Of a DNA stretch of 64,000 bases, positions 37,080 to 49,769 are shown piece after piece. Numbering within the stretch: the first letter of the stretch is position 1; each line of letters begins with the position of its first letter. A program made the position numbers and the translations under genes. Origin of the DNA: Ranitomeya imitator (taxonomy: Eukaryota); contig NC_091284.1 of assembly GCF_032444005.1 (NCBI RefSeq), positions 94,240,001-94,304,000 on the forward strand, written 5' to 3'. The notes beneath the pieces were generated by a model. That model had not been told where the DNA came from, did no database searches, and saw nothing but the letters and a program-made list of their open reading frames with translations.

Positions 37080-37810
37080 GGAGATCACACAGGTATATAC
37101 TATATACAGGGGAGATGACACACAGATATATACTATATACAGGAGAGATGACACACAGGTATATACTATATAGAGGAGGAGATGACATACAGGTACATAC
37201 TATATACAGGAGGAGATGACACAGGTATATATATATATATATATACAGGAGCTGATTACCTACAGGTATATACTATATACAGGAGCAGATGACACACAGG
37301 TATATACTATATACAGGGGAGATGACACACAGATATATACTATATACAGGAGAGATGACACACAGGTATATACTATATAGAGGAGGAGATGACATACAGG
37401 TACATACTATATACAGGAGGAGATGACACACAGGTATATATATATATATATATACAGGAGCTGATTACCTACAGGTATATACTATATACAGGAGGAGATG
37501 ACATACAGGTATATGCTATATATAGAAGATGACATACAGGTATATACTATATACAGGAGGAGATGACACAGGTATATACTATATACAGGAGGAGATGACA
37601 TACAGGTATATACTATATATAGAAGGAGATGACATACAGGTATATACTATATACAGGAGGAGATGACATACAGGTATATACTATATACAGGGGAGATGAC
37701 ACACAGCAGGTATATACTATATACAGGGGAGATGACATACAGGTATATACTATATACAGGAGATGACATACAGGTGTATACTATATATAAGGGAGATGAC
37801 AAACATGTAT
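37080..37810. repeat. ~28-31-bp minisatellite with higher-order duplication
   Basis: GGAGATGACA(C/T)ACAGGTATATACTATATACA units; block ~37110-37270 repeated at ~37316-37480. Confidence 0.9.
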
Positions 37811-37814
37811 ATAC

Positions 37815-38055
37815 TGAGGTGAAAATGAGAGGTGTGAGGTGAAAATGAAAAGGTGTGAGTGCAAAATGAGAGGAGTGAGGGAAAATAGTGTAATGATCGG
37901 AAAATGACAGATGTGAGGTCGAAATGACAAGTGTTAGGCGGGAATGAGAGGAGTGAGGGAGAAAATGAGAGGAGTGAGGGAGAAAATGAGAGGTGTGAGA
38001 GGGAAAATTAAAGATGTGATTGGGAAAATGAGAGGAGTGATGGGAAAATAAGAGA
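37815..38055. repeat. ~20-bp purine-rich minisatellite
   Basis: GAAAATGAGAGG(T/A)GTGAGG units. Confidence 0.8.
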
Positions 38056-38943
38056 AGTGACGTGCTATAACTAACCACAGATATTTACTATGCCCAGGCA
38101 ACGCCGGGCTCTTCAGCTAGTCGCAAATAAATGCTGCCTGCATGGCGTCTGATGAAGAATATCCCAGCACAATACAAACAGTAACAGATCTGTACGTTAT
38201 TGCCCTACAATACAGTTATCAGATGCTGGTACATACAGCTGGGAGGATAAATGGGGCATTTACAGCAATTATAATCAGATAATAAAGTATTTTATTGTCT
38301 GATGTCGGCTTAATGTGGCACCAAGCTCATCTTTCCCGCTATTCTCCAGGCGCACAGTGGAGCTCAGTACTATTGTGTATGACGACTCTGGATCCAGCGA
38401 CACTTGTCTGCAGCTACAGACATGTACATCAATTATGTATTCATATACTAGAAATATATATAAAAAATACGTAAAACCTGCGCAGTCTGCTCTATATACA
38501 CAAAAATCAAGTAATCACAATACGAAATTACCTGTCAGGTGAAGAGCGTTAATCGCATAGCAGTATATGTAAATGTTCAAACTCAGATAAGTGCAATTAG
38601 GAACTATAATGGAGAAAAAGAAATAGGAAAACGATATTAATAAATGGTTCCTATTACAAAAAAAGTGAGGATACTATTATAATATGTGCTAATATGATCG
38701 GGAGTGCACTATCAATCCTCCCAAAATACCAGCAAGAAAGGATAAAAATATGTTATAATAAATAAATAATATAATAATACGCTCCTGTGATTTAAACGCT
38801 ATTAGTAAGGCACCCGTAACTGCCTGAAAATAAAGTCAATGTAGTAACAAGCGGGTACTTGTATATAAATCAATACAGACGTGGTGGCTGCACGTTCAGC
38901 CTCAGTACAGACCTGTAGTGTAGATAGATTTATAGGTAGGTAG

Positions 38944-40005
38944 ATTTATCTTGAATTTTCATCAAATATTAGTAAGGACAATGTACATTTTCTGGACCTT
39001 ATCATCTCAGCCAGTGAGGGAAAATTGCAAACCCGTACTTACATCAAACCTACTGATTCAAACAGCTTTATTTCTATGAATAGCTGCCACTTACCACGAT
39101 GGTTGCTAAATGTTCCTCGTAGCCAGTTCATTAGATTAAATTGTAACTGTACTAACATAGAAGATTTTGACAGGGAGGCAGATATGCTCATCAACAAGTT
39201 TGTAAATAAAGGGTATGATAAAAAAGCTTTAACCCTAACTAAAAATACGGTTAAACAAATCTCTCGAACAAAACTCCTCGCTGATAGTAATAAGGAGGAA
39301 AAGGATCCCTTTAAACAGCAATCTAAGATAGTGATACCTATCATCACTCAATACAACTCAAACATATCAATTTTGAGAAAAATTGTAAACAAACATTGGG
39401 ACCTTTTGAAAGAGGATAATACAATAGGAGACAAACTATCTGAATGCCCACGTTTTGTTTTTAGGAAAGCACGTAATCTAGGCCTACTAATTGCCCCTAC
39501 TGTGCGGAATCCAAATCCCCCAATCAGAACAAAGGGCCCCTTTAAACAAACTGTCCAGGGTTTCTTTCCGTGCCAAAAATGCAAAATGTGTAAATCACTA
39601 AAATTAAGCAAACAGAAACAGGTGATATCACGGAATGGCACGGAATTCCCCATTACGGACTTTATAACGTGTACAACGCGGGGGGTGATATACGTTATTG
39701 AATGTCCGTGTGGGAAACAATATGTGGGACGCACTAAACGAGCCCTAAGCCAGAGAATAAATGAGCATCTTCGAAATATACGTAATAAATACGCTGATCA
39801 TCCACTGTCAAAACATTTTTTAATCCACCATGAAGGACACCTGCAAGGAACAAAGGTGGTGGGTATGAAGGTGGTATATCGAGACTGGCGTAACGGTGAT
39901 TTTATTAGTCAGATGTCTCGTGAAGAAACTAAATACATCTTCGAGATGGATACCCTGAGACCTAAAGGCCTGAATAACGAGGTGGAACTATTTGCATTCA
40001 ATTAA
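38944..40005 (+). CDS. Penelope RT C-terminus/thumb + Cys-rich linker + GIY-YIG endonuclease (5' truncated, uninterrupted)
   Basis: HFLDLII, TYIKPTD, CQKCKMC, GVIYVIECPCGKQYVGRT, RINEH, HF, ETKYIFEMDTLRPKGLN; about 353 codons without a stop. Confidence 0.93.
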   Translation: MYLEFSSNISKDNVHFLDLIISASEGKLQTRTYIKPTDSNSFISMNSCHLPRWLLNVPRSQFIRLNCNCTNIEDFDREADMLINKFVNKGYDKKALTLTKNTVKQISRTKLLADSNKEEKDPFKQQSKIVIPIITQYNSNISILRKIVNKHWDLLKEDNTIGDKLSECPRFVFRKARNLGLLIAPTVRNPNPPIRTKGPFKQTVQGFFPCQKCKMCKSLKLSKQKQVISRNGTEFPITDFITCTTRGVIYVIECPCGKQYVGRTKRALSQRINEHLRNIRNKYADHPLSKHFLIHHEGHLQGTKVVGMKVVYRDWRNGDFISQMSREETKYIFEMDTLRPKGLNNEVELFAFN

Positions 40006-40047
40006 GCCTATGAGAGACATACCGCAGGTATATATAGCCATTCCAAT

Positions 40048-40117
40048 GCAGGGGGAGCCAACCCTGATGAAGGAATCCGCGTCATTCCGAAACGCGTTGG
40101 TTTTTGGCTCCCACTGC
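40048..40117 (+). ncRNA. Type I hammerhead ribozyme, canonical CUGAUGA core
   Basis: GGGAGCC-AA-CC-CTGATGA-a-GGAAT(CCGCGTC)ATTCC-GAAA-CGCG-TT-GG-TT-ttt-GGCTCCC. Confidence 0.85.
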
Positions 40118-41114
40118 GATCCGTAGTGTCTCCAGGGGCACCACGTGATTGAAGAACATGTGACCTGAACGTCACTGCAGGTCCTGCGAAGCAACATATC
40201 AGGACTTTCAAGCCGCGGCCGCACAGGCGCTTGTCACCGGCCGGGACAGCGCCTGCATAAGCCGCTTAGAAGAAGCAAACTCCCGGATCTATAAGCCGAG
40301 CATTCAGCAACGTCCATTTGCAGCAATCACGGAGATTCTTAAAGGCACCTATCTACACTACAGGTCTGTACTGAGGCTGAACGTGCAGCCACCACGTCTG
40401 TATTGATTTATATACAAGTACCCGCTTGTTACTACATTGACTTTATTTTCAGGCAGTTACGGGTGCCTTACTAATAGCGTTTAAATCACAGGAGCGTATT
40501 ATTATATTATTTATTTATTATAACATATTTTTATCCTTTCTTGCTGGTATTTTGGGAGGATTGATAGTGCACTCCCGATCATATTAGCACATATTATAAT
40601 AGTATCCTCACTTTTTTTGTAATAGGAACCATTTATTAATATCGTTTTCCTATTTCTTTTTCTCCATTATAGTTCCTAATTGCACTTATCTGAGTTTGAA
40701 CATTTACATATACTGCTATGCGATTAACGCTCTTCACCTGACAGGTAATTTCGTATTGTGATTACTTGATTTTTGTGTATATAGAGCAGACTGCGCAGGT
40801 TTTACGTATTTTTTATATATATTTATTCATTTCTTTCTGTGTGTGGTACAGAATATTACCTGCTGCGTCTCCCTTTCATCTGCACCAGCGCCGCTATTTT
40901 TATTTACTTATATACTAGAAATAAACCGCAATGCATCCATTGTCAGAGCAGAGCAGGATGGTCACACTGCTGTCCCTGCACTTTAGAATACAGGGTACAA
41001 AACATAGGTGGCAAAAATGCCCACAGACAAATAACTACCCTGATCAATCCACCGCTGTTCCTGGTATTCAGCGGTCCAATAACTTGCACCTTATCATAGG
41101 AGTCATAATATATC

Positions 41115-41253
41115 NNNNNNNNNNNNNNNNNNNNNNNNNNNNNNNNNNNNNNNNNNNNNNNNNNNNNNNNNNNNNNNNNNNNNNNNNNNNNNNNNNNNNN
41201 NNNNNNNNNNNNNNNNNNNNNNNNNNNNNNNNNNNNNNNNNNNNNNNNNNNNN
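41115..41253. other. Assembly gap (139 N)
   Basis: Run of N. Confidence 1.
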
Positions 41254-41389
41254 CACATACGGTATATCACACACACACACTGTGCCAGAGTGTTTCCAGT
41301 GGTAAACCAATCTCTGATCCTTGCTGTTTAACCACTTAAAAGGATGCGGTAAAAAGGGAATGTGGCTTCTAAACAGTTTGACACAGTAT

Positions 41390-42181
41390 GGACACATGTA
41401 GGAGAGCGGGCACATGTAGGAGAGCGGACACATGTAGGGGAGCGGACACATGTAGGAGAGCGGACACATGTAGGAGAGCGGACACATGTAGGGGAGCGGA
41501 CACATGTAGGGGAGCGGACACATGTAGGGGAGCGGACACATGTAGGGGAGCGGACACATGTAGGAGAGCGGACACATGTAGGAGAGCGGGCACATGTAGG
41601 AGAGCGGACACATGTAGGAGAGCGGACACATGTAGGAGAGCGGACACATGTAGGAGAGCGGACACATGTAGGGGAGCGGACACATGTAGGAGAGCGGACA
41701 CATGTAGGGGAGCGGACACATGTAGGGGAGCGGACACATGTAGGAGAGCGGACACATGTAGGGGAGCGGACACATGTAGGGGAGCGGACACATGTAGGAG
41801 AGCGGACACATGTAGGGGAGCGGACACATGTAGGGGAGCGGACACATGTAGGAGAGCGGACACATGTAGGAGAGCGGACACATGTAGGAGAGCGGACACA
41901 TGTAGGGGAGCGGACACATGTAGGAGAGCGGACACATGTAGGGGAGCGGACACATGTAGGGGAGCGGACACATGTAGGAGAGCGGACACATGTAGGGGAG
42001 CGGACACATGTAGGGGAGCGGACACATGTAGGGGAGCGGACACATGTAGGAGAGCGGACACATGTAGGGGAGCGGACACATGTAGGGGAGCGGACACATG
42101 TAGGAGAGCGGACACATGTAGGAGAGCGGACACATGTAGGAGAGCGGACACATGTAGGGGAGCGGACACATGTAGGGGAGC
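41390..42181. repeat. 18-bp minisatellite, 44 copies
   Basis: GGACACATGTAGG(A/G)GAGC x44 = 792 bp. Confidence 0.98.
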
Positions 42182-42699
42182 GCACTCATCCAAAGAGAGA
42201 GTCAGACCGTTTTCTACCAAGCTGCGGAAACATTCTGTGAAACTAATGAGGGCGACTCATGCAGCGAAATGGTTAATCTGATCGGCCATCTGCATTCCAG
42301 ACCGGACATCACAGGGGGATGGATTGCTCGCACTGTCCAAATTGCAGTCTTGGCTTAATGTATTGGCAGACAGCAAAAACGCGCGATAAGGCCGGTTTCA
42401 CACAACTTTTGTGTATGCAGCATAGGGCTGCGTACTTCTTACCTTCAGATCCGCATACATCCGCATCGGTCCTGCGTACCTATCTTTAACATTGTGTACG
42501 CAGGGACATGTGCTGTCATGTATTGTATGCGGATGTGGCTCATGCGGCGTTTTGATGTGCCAGCAGAACGCAGTGATTGATTTCAAGTGTTTATTTCTGT
42601 TAATGTTGAGGTTTGTAATGACTCTATGAGTTTCACTTTGTGTATTTAAGAACTGAAACAAATTAACTTTTTGATGATATTCTAATTTTGCCAGAAGCA

Positions 42700-42997
42700 C
42701 CTGTAGCAAAAATCCCAGAGGCAAGATGTGGAAAGCTCAGAGACTTATCATAAGCGACTTACAGCTGTAATTGCCCCAAAAGGAGGTTCTACAAAGTACT
42801 GACTTTAGAGGAGCTGAAGTATTCAGTTATTTTGTCCTACTTGTTGCCTGCTTTACAATAAAAAGAAAACCAAAATGTTCACAGCTGTAGGCATGTTCTT
42901 TATATGAACTGATGCAAACTCTAAAAAGAACAGAGAAATTCCAGGTTGTGGGGTAGCAAAACAGGTGGCGGGAGGGGAATCTTTAGCAAGGCACTGG
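42700..42997 (+). mobile_element. Tc1-like 3' fragment
   Basis: KIPEARCGKL...KRLTAVIAPKGGSTKY* followed by a right-TIR-like ...GCAAGGCACTG. Confidence 0.65.
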
Positions 42998-43510
42998 ATA
43001 TGCTATATGAAGCATCAAGTTTAGGTGAAACATTATTTCAATAAAACAATGTTTTATTATTGGACTGTTGCAGTGGGTACTCCATTAAACCACGTTAACG
43101 TTCCTATAAATCATGGTGTCTGGACACGATCAAAATTGGCTAAACCTCACTGAAATTGCCTTAACGATAGCAAAACACGTTTGCGGTGTATACACTAGAT
43201 CCTTCCTTTAATAGACTCTTTCCCTTTATTTCTTCCCCAGCTTCATGTTTCATGGTTATTTCAGTACACATTACATCAGTGTACAATGTGTGACAATGCC
43301 GTAGGGACCCATCCTCTGACCGAAGTATTGTTTCTAGGTTTCCTTCTCTTATCAGATACACTTTTTTTTGTGCTTGCAACATCTAGATCACACAAATATT
43401 TTAAGAACGAGAAATCAGAATATTGTAAAGAATAAAAATGTATCAGGATGCAGTCACATTGACGTACACTGCAAGAACTAAAGTATACGCCAAGAAAACA
43501 TCGCAATTTA

Positions 43511-43931
43511 GGCTACTTTCACACTAGCGTCGGAATCTCCCCGTCGCAATGCGTCGGGGAGAGATTCCGACGCTAGCGTTTGATGCACTGCACAACGGGT
43601 GCAGCGGATACATTTCTCCGGTGCATCCGCTGTCCCATTGTGAGGTGCGGGGAGGTGGGGGCGGAGTTCCGGCCGCGCATGCACGGTCGGAAAAAGTGGT
43701 TCGTCAGGAGCAAAAAACGTTACATGTAATGTTTTTTGCTCCCGGCGGTCCGCCACAACACGGTGCAACCGTCGCACGACGGTTGCGACGTGTGGCAAAG
43801 CGTCACAATGCGTCACTAATGTTAATCTATGGGGCAAAAACGCATCCTGCAAACAACTTTGCAGGATGCGTTTTTTTGCCATAAACGACGCATTGCTACG
43901 TCTGGCAAAAAACGCCAGTGTGAAAGTAGCC
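43511..43931. mobile_element. PIF/Harbinger-type MITE
   Basis: TTA TSD (43508-10, 43932-34); TIR GGCTACTTTCACACT(A/G)GCG. Confidence 0.88.
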
Positions 43932-44416
43932 TTACACATATAGGGGCCCGATTGTTGTATTTTTTTGTTCAGCTTTTTATGTGTTTTGTAGATTTTTTTT
44001 TTTTTTACATTTGCGCCTTTTTTAAGTCTATTTTATACACCTTAGCTATTTATTTTTTTTTAGTACACCATTGAGGGTGCGATTTTGAGCTTCCAAATCT
44101 TTTCGCTCAATTCACCATTCGTGACTTTCCTTAAAATCACAACATTTGTCACAAAAGGATTCAAGTCTCCCCTTGGAGCGAGTTTAAGTACACCAAATAT
44201 TTTAGCACAACGTTTTCCCCCATTTTGCTAAATGTGTTGACTTTTTGCATTAAAAAAAAAAGTTGCAAAAAGTTTCACAGGCAAAAATTAAGACAACTTT
44301 TAACCGTGCACAAAATTAAATAACCGGTGTGCGCCATTTTTTAAGAATTTGGAGGAAGAAAAAAAAGCAAAGGAAGAATCAGGGCTATAAAAAGGAACGG
44401 GGGCTATAATAAATAA

Positions 44417-44420
<4 letters not shown>

Positions 44421-44458
<38 letters not shown>
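44421..44458. repeat. (TA)n microsatellite
   Basis: Pure AT dinucleotide run. Confidence 0.95.
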
Positions 44459-44460
<2 letters not shown>

Positions 44461-47218
44461 CTGCAAGCACAGTCTGAATGCACATTAACGGTATTTATCC
44501 ATTGTAGTAAAGCACCAAAACTGAACGGTCCCACTCCCAGCAAACTTTTTTGGTTGCCTTAGGTAACCCTTCATCCTTGGAAACTTTACTCAGCAGTGCC
44601 AAGGCAGTGAAATCCAAAAGCAACAAGAGTTGAACTGTAGACCTAGAGTCAGCCATAAATTGTGCACATGAGAATCCGCGCTTCCTTCCAGCTGGATACG
44701 TACACAAGTTTTCTGTGGAATTCCACAAAAATATCACACAGGCAGAACACAAAACACAGTCCTCGTATAATCATATCTGCGGTAGGCCATGTTCAAATAT
44801 CACAGAGTGTCAAACCGCAGCGTCCAGACTATAATGATAGCTTCGGTGTCTACATGCGAGCTCCCTGCACCAGACATGCCGGTCTTATGACACAATTTTA
44901 CCCAGTGCATCCTAAAAAGAACCTAAAAAACACCACCAGTAAAATATATATCGTGTCGCTGTCTGCGGAAAAGATGAAGGTGTTACATTGTAAACTAAAA
45001 ACGACAAACTGTGACATTTCCCATCTTGCCAACACACATTTACTCGGCTGGGAAGAGTCACAAACCGAAACCTTTTGAAGCAGCTCGGAAAGGAAGATTG
45101 GGCATATTAAAAAAAATATATATAACCCCCAGACCAATGACCAATATAGATGCAGTATTTATATAATAATCATTGTGTGGTTCAGGGTCATAGACCAAAT
45201 CAGCTTTGTTGGGATAAATGGCAACAATCTTCTTGCCCCTACTGATTCTTTTATTTTTGCTTCGAGTGGCCAAAGTGGCATTCGTCTGGCTTTTAAAACC
45301 CTCGGTGCCAAACCACAAAAAAAAAAAAAAAAAAAAAAAGTTTCCAGACCAATGAATAGCAATTATTCGGCCTAGTTATGCAGTGGCATAAGAGAAGGAA
45401 CTGTACCAGTGTATAATTAGGCTTACAACAAGAAGACTGGGAACACACAACTCAAGGTTTGCTGAACACTCAGAATTAACAGTCCAAAACAAAAAAAAAA
45501 AAAAGTAAAAAACCATTGTCAATGAAAAATAAAAAAAAAATTCATAAGACATCTCCGAAGAGGGGACATAACACTCTCACATTGACCATATGGGATTAAT
45601 TATAGCTGGGGAAGTGAGAAAGAACACTTCAACCTCCATTGAAGTAGGAGCCTCCTGCAGTGAACAGGTAATGACCACAGCTCTAGGAAGAAGACATGCA
45701 GAGGTGGGGAAAGTACACGTCCCAGGCCAGAGCTTCCTCTGGTTAAAGCACTAGCCAGAGACAGTGATGAATATTGGGGCTTGCATTGATCGAATATTTT
45801 TGGGAGATACATTTTCAGCATTGTAGTGCAGGGACGAACACAACGCATTCACTCACATCAAGTCTGTTCTAACCCCTCCAAATTAATATCAATACGATGG
45901 TGCTATCCATGCTTTGTTTCTTCCTCACAGACAGGTAAAATTGTGAGACAAAACATGACAACAATATCTACCACCTGGGACCTCCAAGGGCGTAAGCTGG
46001 GGATCTCAAAATTCCTAGCACATCCCACAATTACTATGGTTTCTATCAGTCTTCCCTCTGTATTATTTATTCCCATTTTGGTATCATCTTCAACTTGCTT
46101 ATCTGTTCACAGTAACAGTAATTTTGACCAGGGGTGCCCAACTTATACTTGCCACTGTACATACATACCCACCCCAGTACAGTCACTGCCAGCTCCGCAA
46201 TAAGAAAATAACCACTAGCTGCCTTCACAAATTGTTTATACAGGGCGACTTGACACCTGTTACAGGTAGCTTTTGGCTTCAGTGGTGTGGTTTACAGAGC
46301 AAGAGGAACAGAGCTATTACATTTTATATACCGTATCTAATCCGGAAAAGTAGGCTGTGTTTATAAAAAAAAATAAAAATAAAATAAAGTTATATACTGT
46401 ATATGAGCTTCACGCCATGGCAGTGTAGTAAGGGGCCACTTTCTAGTCGTGGTGGCAAATTTCTTTTTCCAGGAACCCATTATTCCATTTTTTAAATCAT
46501 ATTATTCCTAAAACTATAAGTGCAAAAACATGAAAAGCAACTTGATGACAGAAGCCCTTACGTAGTTCTGACAGATGCAGAACAGCTTTCGATTTTCCAG
46601 CTCTTCATATAGCAGATAACATAGTGGATGACCACAACGGCCAGGCACTCCAAACATTTTTTTTTTTTCCTGGAGGGTTGTAAATTCCAGTCAGTCATTC
46701 TGGCAAGTGGTTTAGATTTATTTATTAAACCGTGAAACAGTGAAATGGAGCAGAAATTAACTATTGGGCGTGCAAAAAGAAGAACTCGAGGAAATCTTTA
46801 TAGGTCCCAGGCGTTCCGTAAGGAAGACACACATGCTGGGCATTCACAGCCCAGGGCTGCGCATGTATGGCGGCATCTGTACTGTAACAAATGGGATATG
46901 CATGGACAGCGGGATGATGTTATCAAGGCCTGTACACACTCAGCTGTGTAACTACAGACTCAGGGGGACCGGGATCATCGCCATTGCTCAGATTTCGCAT
47001 TATCATTTTGTGAGGTCGGAGTGAAGGAGATTTATCAAATCATCTTTGTTGTCCATAGCACATGGAGGTTTTTGGAGCAGAAACTGAGCGTAAAGTAAAC
47101 CTTCCAAATCCTCCTCCAAATTTCAAAGCTCTCAAAAACTTGGAAGGTTCCGCTCAATTTCTGCACCGATACTCAGCAAAAAAAAAAAAAAAAAAAAGAT
47201 TGTGTACACAGAACCTTA

Positions 47219-47680
47219 GGTTATGTTCACACGCTGCTTTTTTGCTGCATTTTTTCTGCAGACAAAACCTGCTCTCTTGGCAGTAAAGAAGCTGCTTACA
47301 CCAAAAAGTTCTGCTGCTTTTTTTTGGCTTGTTTTTATTGTCTCTTGTGCATGCTGGTAAAGTTTAGTGTTGCCCCCCAAAAAACGTGATGCAACTTCCT
47401 GAAGATTTTGCACCAGAAACGCGGCAAAACCCGATACCTTTGTTTTGTTTTTTTGCTGCATTTTGAAGTTACTCATTGCTTTCTATGTGTGAATTAATGC
47501 TGCAAAAAACGCTGAAAGTGACATGCTGCAGTACGCAAAAATGCAGCAGTGAATTCAGTCAGAGAAAAAAAAAACAAGGTGTGCGCGTGAAATTTCTGAA
47601 ATCTCATTAGCTTTTACTGATACTGTAAACAGCAGCTCAAAATTTGCTTTAAAAAAAAAAAAAAAAAAAAAAAAACGTAG
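47219..47680. mobile_element. PIF/Harbinger-type MITE, partial
   Basis: TTA|GGTTATGTTCACACGCTGC start; right end not clear. Confidence 0.55.
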
Positions 47681-48899
47681 TTGACCAATTTTTTTTTTTT
47701 TTTACAGAAGCATCTGTTATTCATTTACAAGACCATTTACGGTTTCCTGTTAGAGAATTGCAATGTATCCGTAATAATCAGATGCCATAGTGTGGCTCCA
47801 AGTCCGTATGACTTTTTTTTTCTTTTTTGTTACACGACCATAGACTTGAACGGGCGAGTCTTGTACAATTCTCAGAGGACCCTAATGCATGCTGCGATTT
47901 TTTGCACGCAGATTCGTGCAAAAAAAAAAAAAATCCTAGAAAGGTGGAATATACCGGACACCTCATTATAAAATGTATTCTTCACAGGAAATATTATGTT
48001 TAGCTCTAAAACACGGCGGCCCTGGAGAACCATCAAGCATGACATGGATATTCTGCGCTCCACTAAGACACCATACAGACTATTACACCCAAGGACTTAG
48101 GATTTGCATATAGATTAGGTGAAATTTTGCCAAAGCCATCGATTTCTATGGGACATGCCAACCATATGATGTGAAGAGGGGACTCCCAACTTTCACCCCC
48201 TTCCCACATTATGCTGGGAAGTGAAGGATCGGCATTTGGAATTCCTTATGTTTTCAGAATAAATAGGCTGCTGGCAGATGTCTGGCAGTGGATTTTTGCT
48301 TCATCCTTGTTGAAAACACATGAAGTCTCAGCACATCCTGAATTATACGACTGAAATCAATTGTATTATATAATTTAGGAGTCGGTCCATTTTTACTGAC
48401 TCCACAGCCCTGGTTGTAGTGTCATCGGCACCCCGCAGCTCTTATGTAGAAGTGAGCGGCGCCAGATAACCCCTGAAAATGATAATAACCACATGGAAAA
48501 ATCTGCAAACTCGCATCACCTCACAGAAACTGTAGAAGACAAAGCTCTGAAGTGAAAATCTCAAGTCTGCAGCATTAGTTAATTTATTTGGTGGATTTTC
48601 TCCACAGCTTTTGGACAAGATTTTGTCTCATCCCCAATGGTGCGTAATCCAAAAACTGTATATACCCCCTATGTACATATTCTAACATGGATGTAATAGG
48701 AATGAGGAAATCTCCGGAGGCAAGTAATGTGGACACAACCGCTATCCAAAACTACAGATATAATGTCACTTGGATATTTGCCATATCAAATCCCAACATA
48801 ATATACTAGCTATTGAACCCGTTCTACACCCGGGTGGCGAGCATTTATATTGGTATATGGTCTCCATCCTGGTATGTGCTGCTCCATCCTGCGTCCCCA

Positions 48900-49630
48900 T
48901 CCTGTTATGTGCTGCTGCCATCCTGCTCCCCCATTCTGACATGTGCTGCTCCATCCTGCGCCCCCATTCTGTCATGTGCTGTTCCCATCCTGCGCCCCCA
49001 TTCTGTCATGTGCTGCTCCCATCCTGCACCCCGGTTCTGTCATGTGCTGCTGCCATCCTGCGCCTCCATTCTGTCATGTGCTGCTCCCATCCTGCGCCCC
49101 CATTCTGTCATGTGCTGCTGCCATCCTGCGCCTCCATTCTGTCATGTGCTGCTGCCATCCTGCGCCCCCATTCTGTCATGTGCTGCTTCCATCTTGCACC
49201 CCCGTTCTGTCATGTGCTGCTGCCATCCTGCACCCCCGTTCTGTCATGTGCTGCTGCCATCCTGCACCCCCGTTCTGTCATGTGCTGCCCTATTCTGTCG
49301 TGTGCTGCTCCCATCCTGCGCCCCCATTCTGTCATGTGCTGTTCCCATCCTGCGCCCCCATTCTGTCATGTGCTGCTCCCATCCTGTGCCCCCATTCTGT
49401 CATGTGCTGCTGCCATCCTGCGCCCCCATTCTGACATGTGCTGCTCCATCCTGCGCCCCCATTCTGTCATGTGCTGTTCCCATCCTGCGCCCCGGTTCTG
49501 TCATGTGCTGCTCCCATCCTGCACCTCCATCCTGTCATGTGCTGCTTCCATCTTGCACCCCCGTTCTGTCATGTGCTGCTGCCATCCTGCACCCCCGTTC
49601 TGTCATGTGCTGCTCCCATCCTGCGCCACC
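48900..49630. repeat. ~32-33-bp minisatellite, probably TE-internal
   Basis: CCATTCTGTCATGTGCTGCT(C/G)CCATCCTGCGCCC units. Confidence 0.92.
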
Positions 49631-49769
49631 GTTCTTTAATTTGCTGCTCCCATCCATATGCCCCATACGCTGCTCCATAATATATGCCCCGTATCAGGTG
49701 GCGTAAGTAACAAATAGCTGTGGCACTTCGTGCCACAGCCTCATGCCACAGCAATTTGTTACTTGCGCC

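Larger units (their letters stand above)
35361..38120 (+). mobile_element. Non-autonomous Helitron (3' end intact) carrying several tandem arrays
   Basis: GC-rich hairpin GCCCAGGC-AAC-GCCGGGC (38092-38109), then CTAG (38117-20) followed by T. 5' TC terminus not found, so including the upstream arrays is inference. Confidence 0.6.
38452..40824 (+). mobile_element. Penelope-like retroelement, 5' truncated, with an inverted partial pseudo-LTR
   Basis: 38452-38927 is the reverse complement of 40349-40824; RT/GIY-YIG ORF and hammerhead lie between. Confidence 0.95.

Noticed and set aside
41390-42181. CRISPR-like regular repeat
   Set aside because: No unique spacers, eukaryotic context and no cas genes
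41068-42281. Five long ORFs (283-373 aa) with hexapeptide repeats
   Set aside because: They are translations of an 18-bp minisatellite, which is open in five frames by arithmetic; there is no evidence of coding
48770-49706. Cys/Pro-rich ORFs up to 297 aa (keratin-associated or metallothionein-like look)
   Set aside because: They derive from a 32-33-bp minisatellite with irregular unit lengths and are open in several frames
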